Below are positions 30,685 to 43,827 of a stretch of DNA of 64,000 nt, piece by piece. The first letter of the stretch is position 1. Each line of letters starts with the position of its first letter. The notes beneath the pieces were generated by a model. The model made no database searches and had not been told where the DNA came from. It saw only the letters and a list, made by a program, of their open reading frames with translations. The translations under genes and the position numbers were made by a program. The DNA is from Eledone cirrhosa (taxonomy: Eukaryota): contig OZ024747.1 in assembly GCA_964016885.1 (NCBI GenBank), forward strand, positions 91,202,001 through 91,266,000, written 5' to 3'.

Positions 30685-31410
30685 ATATATATATGTGTGT
30701 ATATATAGCGGCGATGAATTAGTTTTGCGAGGTTTTTTATATGAAATCGTGTGTCGAAACAGATATTGTTATATTTGGGGAGGGTCATATTTGCGTAATA
30801 TTGCCAGAATTAATAACAGAACACACTCACTGTTTGGTTGGTTTTCGCTTCTCGCTGTCTTTTATATATATATATCTGCGATCTAACTTACTCGGTCCTC
30901 AATGTTGCCATTGACTGACCGGCGGTCAAAAATAATACAGATACAATATAGACAAACACATATATATATAGTTTACATAAATCTTTCGTTGCACATCTGC
31001 AACATCGTCAGTGGTGTTATATTCATTGTTCCTCCTGTTGTGTTGTATGTCTACGCCATTTTTTTTGTTCAGTCTGTCTATATATTTATTTATTTATTTG
31101 CTTGTTTGTTTATCTTATTTTATTTTGTCTTCTTTGCGCATGCGTTTGCGTGTGTGTATAGTGTTATGTGTGATGTGTGACTAGTGTGTATAGTGTTGTG
31201 TCTGCTGGGTGACTAGTGTGTGTTTATGTGCTTGTGTATGTATTTATTTATCTTATTTTATTTAATTTAATTTACTTATTTATTTATACTTCTCTTAGGT
31301 CAGTGTTGTTTGTTTGGGTGTTGTTGTTGTTCCACTCATTCTTTCTGTTTAGCTTTGGTCTTCTAATTTCTATTTCACTGGCCTCTCTGATTTGCCTATC
31401 TGCTGGGTCA

Positions 31411-32054
31411 GGAGCAAATCATGGAATAGCTTAGATAGGGCTAGACATAAGATAGGGAAGGCCACATCATGGTACGACAACCAGAGATATCAGAGTGTCA
31501 TGTTTGTGGACGCCACCCCTGGAGGGAAATTAGCTAACCAGTGTAGAAAGGCCCTGAGAAAGACCCACTTAAAAATAAAGGTGGTAGAAAAGCCAGGAAC
31601 CACCATAAAATCCCTGATCAGCAAAACCTACCCTTTTAAGAAAACCCACTGTACCAATAGGAAATGTATCATATGTAAGGTGAACCCCCGGATAAACTGT
31701 AAAACTAGAAACGTAGTCTATAGCATAAGATGTACAGAGGGTACTTGCAGAAACACGACAACAACATACATAGGTGAGACAGCTCGTAGCATAGGTGAAA
31801 GGATAGACCAACACTGGGGTGAACTAAAAGGACGAAAAAACGGGTCAGTACTATACGAACATGCTAGACAACATCATGACGGTAACATAGACAACATAGA
31901 AATTAGAATAATATCTAAACATAGGAATGACCCAGCAGATAGGCAAATCAGAGAGGCCAGTGAAATAGAAATTAGAAGACCAAAGCTAAACAGAAAGAAT
32001 GAGTGGAACAACAACAACACCCAAACAAACAACACTGACCTAAGAGAAGTATAA
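31411..32054 (+). CDS. PLE GIY-YIG endonuclease domain (5'-truncated, frame open)
   Basis: SVMFVDATPGG, KIKVVEKPG, Cys linker CTNRKCIIC..C, VVYSIRCTEGTC..YIGETARSIGERIDQH..LYEHARQHH (CCHH), RQIREA, LNRKNEW. Confidence 0.88.
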
Positions 32055-32319
32055 ATAAATAAGTAAATTAAATTAAATAAAATAAGATAAATAAATACAT
32101 ACACAAGCACATAAACACACACTAGTCACCCAGCAGACACAACACTATACACACTAGTCACACATCACACATAACACTATACACACACGCAAACGCATGC
32201 GCAAAGAAGACAAAATAAAATAAGATAAACAAACAAGCAAATAAATAAATAAATATATAGACAGACTGAACAAAAAAAATGGCGTAGACATACAACACAA
32301 CAGGAGGAACAATGAATAT

Positions 32320-32360
32320 AACACCACTGACGATGTTGCAGATGTGCAACGAAAGATTTA
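32320..32360 (+). ncRNA. Hammerhead-like core in the PLE 3' UTR (mirror copy at about 30978-31018, minus strand)
   Basis: CTGACGA t gttgca gatg tgcaac GAAA; stems I and III could not be resolved by eye. Confidence 0.45.
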
Positions 32361-32571
32361 TGTAAACTATATATATATGTGTTTGTCTATATTGTATCTG
32401 TATTATTTTTGACCGCCGGTCAGTCAATGGCAACATTGAGGACCGAGTAAGTTAGATCGCAGATATATATATATAAAAGACAGCGAGAAGCGAAAACCAA
32501 CCAAACAGTGAGTGTGTTCTGTTATTAATTCTGGCAATATTACGCAAATATGACCCTCCCCAAATATAACA

Positions 32572-32614
<43 letters not shown>

Positions 32615-32640
32615 TGTGTGTGTATATATAGGTATATATC

Positions 32641-32700
<60 letters not shown>

Positions 32701-32918
32701 CAGTATTTACATATCGAGAAAGAGAAAAAAAGGGGAGGATAGGTGATACATATAGTTATTTGCCAAGTTGCGTATGCCAAAGGTGCTCGATACTAGTGCC
32801 GGCAGTATTAAATATTCGAAGTGTTAATATTTAATGAGCTAGAGAGTTAGCAGAGCGTAAGCACGTGGGAAATTAAAAAATCGGAGAATAGACCGTTAAA
32901 ACATGTTTATTTAAAACA

Positions 32919-32960
32919 GCACCTACGTACGTTTCGCCCAGTTGGGCTTCTCAAGGGCAT
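32919..32960 (-). ncRNA. Variant hammerhead motif
   Basis: atgcc CTTGAGAA gccc aact gggc GAAA cgtacg TA ggtgc; non-canonical core. Confidence 0.5.
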
Positions 32961-33096
32961 AAATAATCACAAGTGTTCCTTATATTGCTCGGAAAGAGGT
33001 TTTGGGTTAAATCCACATCAAGGTTCATTGTTCGCAAAAATATCTTGTTTTGATTTTGCAGCAGTATATATATATATTTAGTATATATATATACTA

Positions 33097-33139
<43 letters not shown>

Positions 33140-33144
<5 letters not shown>

Positions 33145-33168
33145 TATAGTATATATATATATACTATA

Positions 33169-33206
<38 letters not shown>

Positions 33207-33400
33207 TATAGTATATATATATATATATCATATAGTATATATATATCATATAGTATATATATATATATCATAATATATATATATATATATATATCATATA
33301 GTATATATATATATATATATATCATATAGTATATATATATATATATATATATATATCATATAGTATATATATCATATAGTATATATATATATTTCATATA

Positions 33401-33436
<36 letters not shown>

Positions 33437-33533
33437 TATAGTATATATATATATATATATATCATATAGTATATATATATATATATATATCATATAGTAT
33501 ATATATATCATATAGTTTATATATATCATATAG

Positions 33534-33564
<31 letters not shown>

Positions 33565-33602
33565 TATAGTATATATATATATATATATATATATATCATA
33601 TA

Positions 33603-33651
<49 letters not shown>

Positions 33652-33809
33652 CCAGTAAGACCCTGACGGCTGAGCTCAAGCCGTTTCGACGAAACGGCTT
33701 GAGCTCAGCAGTCGGGGTCTTACTGGTTCCTATTACCCACTCTACTACCCTAAGTATTGAGTACTTTGGTGCGTTATGGTCCACCTGGTTCCTTACCACA
33801 TTTCCTTCG

Positions 33810-33861
<52 letters not shown>

Positions 33862-34119
33862 TATAGTATATATATATATATATATCATATAGTATATATA
33901 TATATATATATCATATAGTATATATATATATATATATCATATAGTATATATATCATATAGTATATATATATATATCATATAGTATATATATATATATCAT
34001 ATAGTATATATAGATATCATATAGTATATATATATATCATATAGTATATATGTATATCATATAGTATATATATATAAATGTATATCATATAGTATATATA
34101 TATATATGTATATCATATA

Positions 34120-34159
<40 letters not shown>

Positions 34160-34170
34160 TATATGATATA
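33140..34170. repeat. Compound minisatellite CATATAG(TA)n, roughly 29 units
   Basis: Constant tcatatagt unit separated by variable TA runs; inverted units near both ends. Confidence 0.9.
33649..33812 (+). mobile_element. Mini fold-back element (family also at 43828 and 62018)
   Basis: 40-bp arms centred on 33689 plus tail containing ctctactaccctaagtattgagtact. Confidence 0.8.
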
Positions 34171-34180
34171 TATATATATG

Positions 34181-34226
<46 letters not shown>

Positions 34227-34253
34227 TCTATCAGTCAATCTTTATCTTTTCAT

Positions 34254-34321
<68 letters not shown>

Positions 34322-34789
34322 CTTTCTCTCTGTCGTACACACCTTCACCAGCGACCTCTTTCGGTGGGTGAAAGCTCAGTAACCATAATCATAAAAGTAG
34401 TTTCACTGTCTACAGCATCACAAGCGTATCCGACCGCGTGATACTGTATTAATATATATGAGGGGCACACACACTGATCTATGTAAATATAAATGGATTC
34501 CTTGTAATCTTTCATTTTCTTATTTTGCCCTGATTCTCTCCTTCGTGACATTATCTTCCGTTATGAATATATTCCAGCCTATGCCACTCCCATGTACAGA
34601 ACATGAAGCAACGTATTTTAATTTTGAAATATGTACCTGGGTGTATATTTGAACCAGTATTTCTTCAAGCATGCACGCCAGTCTGCGCAAGCGCATGCGT
34701 AGGAATGACCACACTATTATATACTCTTTCTTTCTCTCTCTCTCTCTGATCGATTGACAAGGTCCCAGACCGCATTCGCTTGCCGAGTG

Positions 34790-34996
34790 GGGTGGAACGT
34801 GTCAAATCGGACCAAGGAAACAATGTCACCTTTGATCTTTCCATTGATGGTACTATCTACCTGTCGTAACCCTTGCAGAAGGAGCAACGTGAAGTAATGT
34901 GCCTTGTTCACGGACACAACGCATCGCCTATTCCGAGAATTGAACTAGCAACATCACGATTGCGAATCCAACTCTCTAATCACTAAGCTACGCGCC
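34790..34996 (-). mobile_element. SINE family B-related
   Basis: Reverse complement reads ggcgcgtagcttagtgattagagagttgg..gttcaattctcgg..gcgttgtgtccgtgaacaaggcac. Confidence 0.65.
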
Positions 34997-35331
34997 ATAT
35001 AAGCGTATATAACTCTCTATGGCAATTTTTTGTATTCTCTATATACAATGATTTCTTAAAATATCATAGCAGGACATCACACTGATATACCATTATATGG
35101 TCTCTTGAAGCGAAATGCCCTGAGTATTAAAATATTGATTTCCAGCATAGAATGAAGGCCACAACGTGGGAGAAGACAATCGATTAGATCGAATTTATTT
35201 CCTCAAACTTAGGAGGATGAAAAGCAAGTTCAACCCGGTCAGGATTTGAACTGACAAATTAAACCGACGTCATGAGCCTAATTAAATACTGCATCCTGCA
35301 AGGTCTTTTGTTCATAAGTGATGCTCCCTAT

Positions 35332-35516
35332 CAGAGGTTCCCAACGTGGGATCCGCGGAACCCAAGGCTTTCGCTAAAGAGTGTCTGAGGTTCTGTGAAA
35401 AAAGGTATAGGAGTATATTTATATTACGACCATATAACAGCATTAGACTTTGGGGTTCCCTCAAAAGTTTCTGAACCAATAAGGGTTCCGCATTTGAAAA
35501 GGTTTGGAAAACCCTG
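35332..35516. mobile_element. hAT/Charlie-like MITE
   Basis: TIRs cagaggttcccaac and tttggaaaaccctg; imperfect 8-bp TSD ctccctat/ctctatat. Confidence 0.65.
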
Positions 35517-35771
35517 CTCTATATGATCATAAACCTCAATGAGTGAGTGACCATGTAGTTGATGAATCACCTTTAAACAACAGTTACACTATGATCCCCA
35601 TATATTACATTAACCTTTTTATAAAAAGGAAGACACTTTGGATAACGCGGTTTTAATTATACAATACCTGATTGAAATGCAAAATGTGCATTAAAGGACT
35701 GATTTTGATCATGAATATGCTGGCTCAGAGCTGGGGTCAAATAACAATAATAATGATTTAATTTTACGGAA

Positions 35772-36567
35772 TCTATATAGATAAAGTTGTAGTTCCTGTC
35801 TGTTTGTTTGTTCACGAACTCCTGTGGTTTTGGAGATATACCCCGATAACCATATATATTCTGAAACTACATTGCCCCGGGTACCTGGATAAGTATACTT
35901 CATTTTAATTAAAGGGATCCCCGGAGGGGATCACTTTAATTAAAATGAAGTATAAAATTTTCTCCCTTCGATTTATATGAAATTTAAATCATGGGTAAAT
36001 GACAAGATATGTCTATTCGCAAAATTTCAGCAAATTTCAATAATATTAAGACACCATAATGGGGGTTAAACCCCATATAGTGAAAATTTTGGCCAATAAA
36101 TGGAACAAGATTTCACGAACTCCTCCTATACTTTTGGAGATAGACCCCCCCATAACCATCTATATTCTAAAACTACATTGCCCAGGGTACTTGGATAAGT
36201 ATATTTCATTTTAATCAAAGGGTTCTCCAGGGTCACAAACCCCCCGTTGAAAAATTTTTCCCTTCGATTTATATGAAATTTAAACCATAGGTAAATGACA
36301 AGATATGATGCCTATTCACAAAAGTTTTGAATTGATATTTCGAAAAAAATTATTTACAAGAAACAAAATAAGAATAAGATTTAATGTAATTTTGATTTGA
36401 TATATTACAAAAAATAATGTTTTCCAATTTTTCATGCATTACATTTTACATTGAGTAATATTGAAATGCACAGTTTTTCTCCATAAATGATATCACGGAT
36501 TTAAAATAAATTATTTTCTTACAAAAAAAATGTGTGAAACACAGCAAGGCGCGGGTAATTCGGCTAA
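35772..36567 (+). mobile_element. Non-autonomous Helitron
   Basis: 5' TCtatatagataaa..gtctgtttgtttgt; 3' gcaaggcgcgggtaattcggCTAA; inserted between A and T; internal tandem duplication of about 300 bp. Confidence 0.7.
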
Positions 36568-36629
36568 TATTAAATATATTTATTGGGCATCTTTTAGTTT
36601 ACCGCCCTAGATTTATTTTAATATGTTCA

Positions 36630-36945
36630 AATGAGATCAATGAGTCACTCCAGGTAGAGTGGCTACTTCTCTGAATTGAATGATCACAGCTCTGATACTA
36701 TGGGCATGTGCTTAGAATGTCTCAGGAAGGAATCGCTGGACAGATTTTGCGTGCAAAACCAACCGGCAAGAGCGCCAGGGGTAGACCCATAGAAAGATGT
36801 TTAGATAACCTCCATGAGCTTGGCTGGTCAGGCTTGAGGATCCAGCCGGATCAGTTAGAGACGGTTCCTTCTGACAGACGGTTGCTTCTGGAAGGAGTGT
36901 TTGACCACACTGCCCCAACGACTTTCTCAAGCGAAGATGAAGATG
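36630..36945 (+). mobile_element. RTE-type LINE 3' fragment
   Basis: SQL*YYGHVLRM..QILRAKPTGKSARGRP; short gaagat repeat tail. Confidence 0.7.
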
Positions 36946-37228
36946 TTCATATGACAGCCATCTTCAGGTGCTCTTTTCACTATCTATAAATCTCTGTTGA
37001 GAATCCAGTCCAATGAAGCACATTTTCATCAAAGCGACACAAAAGCAAAAAAACAAAAAAAAAACACAAAAAAAAAAACGCCATTAAGATGTTTAATACT
37101 TCGGAACATGTCAATGAAGACATTACAAATTCTAGACAGCAAACATTCAGACATCGACTGTACTAGGTGTATAGTATACTATGGTATACATCCAGACAGA
37201 CACACACGCATATGTGCACGATTTCATG

Positions 37229-37361
<133 letters not shown>

Positions 37362-38173
37362 GTTTCGTGAAATAGTCTTTTTTAAGACTATACAGAGCAT
37401 TTGTAGTTTTTCCAAATTGAAGGATGAGAATTTTAGACTTTATTTTATTCTGAGTTAAGGCTCTATTGATTTTTCCCTGGATTTCACCAAATTCTGTGGA
37501 TGAATCTATATCCTGATTCTTTTTGAATTGAGTTTGAATTATTTTCCCACATCTTACGTTATTTTCCCACATCTTACGTATTTTTCTATTTTGACGCTAT
37601 AGTCGATTATATATTATGGAATACTGTTGGCTTCTTGCTACAATAATTTCTATACTTTTCATTTATATATATATATATACACATACACATACATACACAT
37701 ACACACATACACACATACATACATATACACATACATGCATACATACACATACATATATACACATACATACATACACACGCACATATATATATAGTATTAT
37801 CTGATAATCCTTCAAGTACGCAGGTGAAATTTCAGAGTAACAAGGTTCACCACTTAACCAGAATAAATGAATATATATTTAATTCAGCTGCATAGACAGG
37901 CACAGATGCATTTTGAGTCATCATAGAACATTTCGTATGATGTGAGAAGATATATTTGATATATATGTCTATTAAAAAATATGTTTATTATTTATATATC
38001 TAGGGCATTGTGTTGGCAGTATCGGTAGAACGTTGGACAACATGCTTTACCGCATAGAGTTCTGAGTTCAAATCCAGCAGAGGTTATCTTTGCTTTAAAT
38101 AAAATGTAAAGTAAATGATATCAAAAACAGGTGGGTTGAATTTGGAATAATGAGGTTGTAATATGAAATTATA

Positions 38174-38338
38174 CGACCCGCCAACCTTTAAAAACTGCCC
38201 CCAAACAGAGAAATGAAACAAAATGGGGAAATTTTACATAATGAAAGCTATACCCATTTTCAGAAGAGAAGACGTCTCTCACACACCCCAAAGTGGGTGG
38301 AAGATCTCCCCGTCGGACGGGGAGAGTTGACAGGTTTG
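38174..38338. mobile_element. MITE, same family as 17669
   Basis: Ends in gggagagttgacaggtttg and shares internal sequence. Confidence 0.65.
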
Positions 38339-38429
38339 AAATATAATTGGATATGTATCTAAATAATCAGTTGAATGACTAAAAAACACTAGTGGCAAAA
38401 CATTAATTACAGTAACATAATTTTAATGC

Positions 38430-39025
38430 TAGGAGTTTGTATATCTGGGTCCCAAACTATCATCAAATAACAATGGAATGGTTGCTGCGCAATATAGAAT
38501 CACTCTAGGTTGGGCAGCTTTAAACAAGAACAAGGAAGTACTAATATCAAAACGAGTTTCTTATAATTTGAAGGCTAAGATTGTTGATACTTACATCCTT
38601 CCAGTTACGTTATATGTTCTTGACTGTGTTAATTGGAAGACAAGGTCACTTCAGGAGCTCTCTACATTCCAGAACCACATCATAAGACTTATGACTGGCA
38701 AGTGGTTCAGGGACCATATCTGTATCAGTGGGCTGCTCAACATTACCAGACTTAGACCAATTACATTGTTGAGACAAGAGTACTCAAACTATACAGCCAT
38801 ATAAAAAGATCAATTCGTGGTGTGAGTAGGTTATGCGTGGAAGGAAGGTTGGCTGGTAGAGAAACAGAGGCCGGGACAGCCAAAACGATGGTTTGACAAT
38901 GTTAACTTATGAACTAGACTTGATCTTTGCTCTGAACTCTGCTGCTGGTAATGAAACTTTGTAGAGAGATATCACATGTTACGCAGTGTGCAACTGGCGG
39001 AGTTTAGCATCACAATAATAATAAT
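38430..39025 (+). mobile_element. RTE-type LINE 3' fragment
   Basis: EFVYLG..RITLGWAALNKNKEVL..ILPVTLY..W; same family as 21888. Confidence 0.8.
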
Positions 39026-39028
39026 TTT

Positions 39029-39213
39029 AATTGTTTCTACTTTTGGCACAAGGCCAGCAATTCACCAGTACATTACTGGTACTTTATTTTATCGACCCAG
39101 TAAGGATGAAAGGCAAAGTTAACCTCGACGGGATTTGAACTAAGACCGTAAAGGGACGTAACTATGCTGGAAAGCATGGCATCCGACTCTCTACAGATAC
39201 TGCCAATTCGCCA
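39029..39213 (-). mobile_element. SINE family A
   Basis: Full core present. Confidence 0.85.
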
Positions 39214-40123
39214 CAATAATAATAATTTTAATGAAGATTTAAAAGGAATTTATTGATAATGCCAATAATAACTAAATGAATTTAAATGTAGGCTTATAAC
39301 TTTAGTTGAAATTTAAATGCTTGATTTGAGTGAAGGTCGAATTTTATTAGAATTTAAGTTAGTTGTTATTCTATTTTCCTGGTGTATATAAAACCAAATG
39401 AATAATGATTAAAAAAAAATAGGTGTTAGTGATGTATGTAACAATGAAATTTATATTGAAAGTGTTTACTATATTGGTAGAAAACTGATTATATATATAT
39501 ATATATATATATAGAATGAATCGGTAATTAGAAATGTAGCAATATATTAATGACAGGTGCGCGTTACTGTTCGATAAATTATTACTTATTAGTAAATATA
39601 ATAGGTTTAGAGTGATCTAAATATAATCTGTCTACAAGGCAAATTTAATTTTAAGTGATGATTAAGTAATTGAAGGTTGGGAAATGAAATTCAATACGAT
39701 TCTGAGGTGTAGACAAGACACTGCTTTTTATTGTTAGAGTAAGAGTCTACAAAATATTGAACTTTCCATTTAATTTGTTTAATGTACTGCTTTGTGAAAC
39801 GTATCAAGTTTATTTAGTAAAGGTTTTGCTATAATATATACACATATATATAAACATACATATATACATACATATATATATACATATATATATATAAATA
39901 TATATATACATATATATATACATACATATATATACATATATATATATATACATATATACATACATATATATACATATATACATACATATATATATACATA
40001 TATATATATAAATATATATATACATATATATATACATACATATATATACATATACATACATATATACATACATATATACATACATATATATATGCATATA
40101 TATATATATACATATATACATAC

Positions 40124-40158
<35 letters not shown>

Positions 40159-40231
40159 CATATATATATACATATATATACATATATATACATACATATA
40201 TATATATACATATATATATATACATATATAT

Positions 40232-40290
<59 letters not shown>

Positions 40291-40486
40291 CATATATACA
40301 TATATATATATACATATATATATACATATATATATACACATATATATACACACATATATATACACATATATACACACATATATATACATATGTAGAAAAA
40401 AAACATAGTAAATTCTGCGTCTAAAATTACGAGGGTAGATTTTACCACACACGTTTTATATATTTAAACTGAAGCACACAGTAATA

Positions 40487-41072
40487 TACTGTGTTTATTT
40501 CTACATATATTATAAGATACAGAATTTACTGTGTTTATTTCTACATATATTATAAGATACAGAATTTACTGTGTTTATTTCTACATATATTATAAGATAC
40601 AGAATTTACTGTGTTTATTTCTACATATATTATAAGATACAGAATTTACTGTGTTTATTTCTACATATATTATAAGATACAGAATTTACTGTGTTTATTT
40701 CTACATATATTATAAGATACAGAATTTACTATGTTTATTTTTACATATATTATAAGATACAGAATTTACTGTGTTTATTTCTACATATATTATAAGATAC
40801 AGAATTTACTGTGTTTATTTCTACATATATTATAAGATACAGAATTTACACTATTTATTTCTACATATATTATAAGATACAGAATTTACTGTGTTTATTT
40901 CTACATATATTATAAGATACAGAATTCACTGTGTTTATTTCTACATATATTATAAGATACAGAATTTACTGTGTTTATTTCTACATATATTATAAGATAC
41001 AGAATTTACTTTGTTTATTTATACATATATTATGAGATACAGAATTCACTGTGTTTATTTCGACATATATTA
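40487..41072 (+). repeat. 40-bp tandem array, about 14.5 units
   Basis: Unit agaatttactgtgtttatttctacatatattataagatac; near-identical copies, no spacers. Confidence 0.95.
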
Positions 41073-41079
41073 ATAATAT

Positions 41080-41263
41080 AATTGTTTCTACGTTAGGCAC
41101 AAGGCCAGCAATTACCCAGTGCATTACTGGTACTTTATTTTATCGACCCCGTAAGGATGAAAGGCAAAATCAACCTCGGCGGGATTTGAACTCAGATCGT
41201 AAAGGGACGTAACTATGCTCGAAAGCATGGCGTCCGACCTTCTACCGATACTGCCAATCCACC
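41080..41263 (-). mobile_element. SINE family A
   Basis: Full core present; its 3' end abuts the 40-bp array. Confidence 0.85.
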
Positions 41264-41616
41264 AATGCTCAGTATTTATACTTTGAGCTTGTTAATTGCA
41301 GGGTATCTATATGAGTTAATAACTCTATATTTTATTTGTATATACACATATATATATACATATATATATACATATATATATACATATATATATATACATA
41401 AACATACATATACATACATATATATACATACATATACATAGATATATATATACATACTGTACATATATATATACAAACATATACACATACATATATATAC
41501 ATATATATATATACATATATATACATATATATATACATATATATATACATATATATATACATATATATATATACATATATATACATACATATATATATAT
41601 ACATATATATACATAC

Positions 41617-41647
<31 letters not shown>

Positions 41648-41739
41648 CATACATATATATACATATATATACATACATATACATATATATACATATATTA
41701 TATATACATATATACATACATATATACATATATATATAC

Positions 41740-41961
41740 TAGCTTTCACCGTATTTTTGACTAAAGGAATTTTAGCTTGATAATGGGGTTTAGAACCCTC
41801 AGACAAATGGAAAAAGATGAGTATTGACGTACATGTACGTACATGTACGTCAATACAAACCCCATTATCAGGCTAAAATCCCTTTAGTCAAAAATACGTT
41901 GAAAGCTATTCTATTTTCTAATTTCAAACATGCTCACTGTTTCAAAACATACTTACTTGCC
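41740..41961 (+). repeat. TA-embedded fold-back island (52-bp arms 41740-41791 and 41857-41908, inner palindrome 41821-41856, tail)
   Basis: tagctttcaccgtatttttgactaaagg..ggggttt pairs with aaacccc..cctttagtcaaaaatacgttgaaagcta. Confidence 0.8.
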
Positions 41962-41994
<33 letters not shown>

Positions 41995-42091
41995 CATACA
42001 TATATATACATATACATATATATATATATACATATATATACATACATTTATATATACATACATATATATATACATATATATACATATATAT

Positions 42092-42656
42092 ATGGTGGCT
42101 GCCAACTCGTTTTCGAGTACGGCCACTACTTTATATCCATGTAGGAGAACCCTTACCGATGCGCTAAACAAGTGTGACTTTTTAGTCCTGCCAGCGACTT
42201 GAAAACTCTTGTACAAACACTACACCTGTGATAATTATTGACACCTAGTGCTGGGCCCATGGCACCATGTGATGACAAGTGCAGAGAGATCTCCAGATAT
42301 AAAGCAATGTCTGTGCCGTGAAGCTTTTATAGTGAGCAAAGGCACTGCCCAAAGCCAGTCCCACTTTCTTAACCAAGATGATATTTACCAAAAAGAAGAA
42401 CAAGTCAACATCATTGGATACCATCAGGGTTGCAGGTGTTATATCAGAGTTTTCCTTCTCCTAGAATTCTGCCTTGACAAAGGCTAAGGGGTCATCTCTC
42501 CCGGTGATTTTGGATGGCTATTGACTCTTAAGAGCTCCTTTGCCCTTTGATAGGTTTTGTTTTTAGTCCTGCAGGATGTCCAAAGTCACCCTCCTCACCA
42601 AGAAACCTTGGTGGGGTTGCCAGTTTAGTCGCCAACGACCCGACCATGAGACAGGT
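42092..42656 (-). mobile_element. Non-autonomous bipartite RTE-derived retroelement, copy 2
   Basis: Reverse complement closely matches 29987-30580. Confidence 0.75.
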
Positions 42657-42682
42657 ATATATACATATATATATACATACAT

Positions 42683-42727
<45 letters not shown>

Positions 42728-43262
42728 TATATACATATATACACACATATATACACATATATACACATATATACACACATATATACACATATATACACAT
42801 ATATATACATATATACACACACATACACTATGCATATACATTTATACATATACTTTAGCTTAAACACATTTTGTAATTAATAATCTTACCGTGACTACGT
42901 AGTCAGCAAAAAGCAGTATTTATGTAAATCAATGTAACTGATGAGGTGAAGACACGATATTGAGTTATTATAAATAGCTATAAGCTATATTCCTCTCACT
43001 GTGGACAGACAAAGGTGGGTGCGTGATCTCTGAAGAGATATTAACTCGGATCAAAACCAGGTCAGATAAAAATATATTTGTCCAGCGTATTCAATTACAC
43101 ACTACAGCGAGGATAAAAGAAATTGTACTATTTACAAATATATATACATTATATATATATATATATACACATACACACATATATACACACACACATATAT
43201 ATATATATACACACACACATATATATACACACACACACATATATATTGATATATATATATAT

Positions 43263-43300
<38 letters not shown>

Positions 43301-43827
43301 GAAGTGGAACTAGTGAAGGCAACGGACATTTGGATTTTTTTTTTTTTTATATCACTATATATAAATTTGGTCTTTTATATCTAGCCAGATAAGGTGAATA
43401 TGCTTCGCTGAGGAGATCTAAGAAGATCGAAATAGACTGCTTGATAAGTAGATATTTAATAACAATCCTGCTAACCTTCATATATTTATGAGTTTTGTGT
43501 ATGTGTAGGAAATGGAATGACGTTGGGGGGACGCTATGAATTTAATATCTATAATATTATAGTATTGTATACTAATGATATAGTATATTAAATATCAAGC
43601 GATACAGATATACAAATATTGTAAAATAAAAAATATATATATGTTTATATATAGTATACATTATATATAAATTAACGATTTTATTTAATCTGTGTTATTT
43701 ACAATTTGTGTGTAGGAAGGTCCCTCTGGAAATAGGGGTGTGGGGGCGCTGAGTGTATTACGTGGCCGTGTGGGATGGCGGTGGTGGTGGTGGTGTGTGT
43801 GTGTGTGGGGGGGGGGGGGTTACTGAA

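Larger units (their letters stand above)
30706..32575. mobile_element. Neptune-like PLE 3' end with 648-bp inverted repeat (30763-31410 and 31928-32575) and 57-nt tail (30706-30762)
   Basis: Arms mirror about a constant coordinate sum of 63338; identical 92-aa spurious ORFs occur on both strands; flanked by (TA)n. Confidence 0.9.

Noticed and set aside
32410-32450. HDV-like ribozyme suggested by ggcaacattgaggaccg
   Set aside because: Only a simple hairpin with a GCAA loop can be drawn, with no nested double pseudoknot.
40487-41072. CRISPR-like regular array
   Set aside because: Units are contiguous with no unique spacers, there are no cas genes, and the context is eukaryotic.
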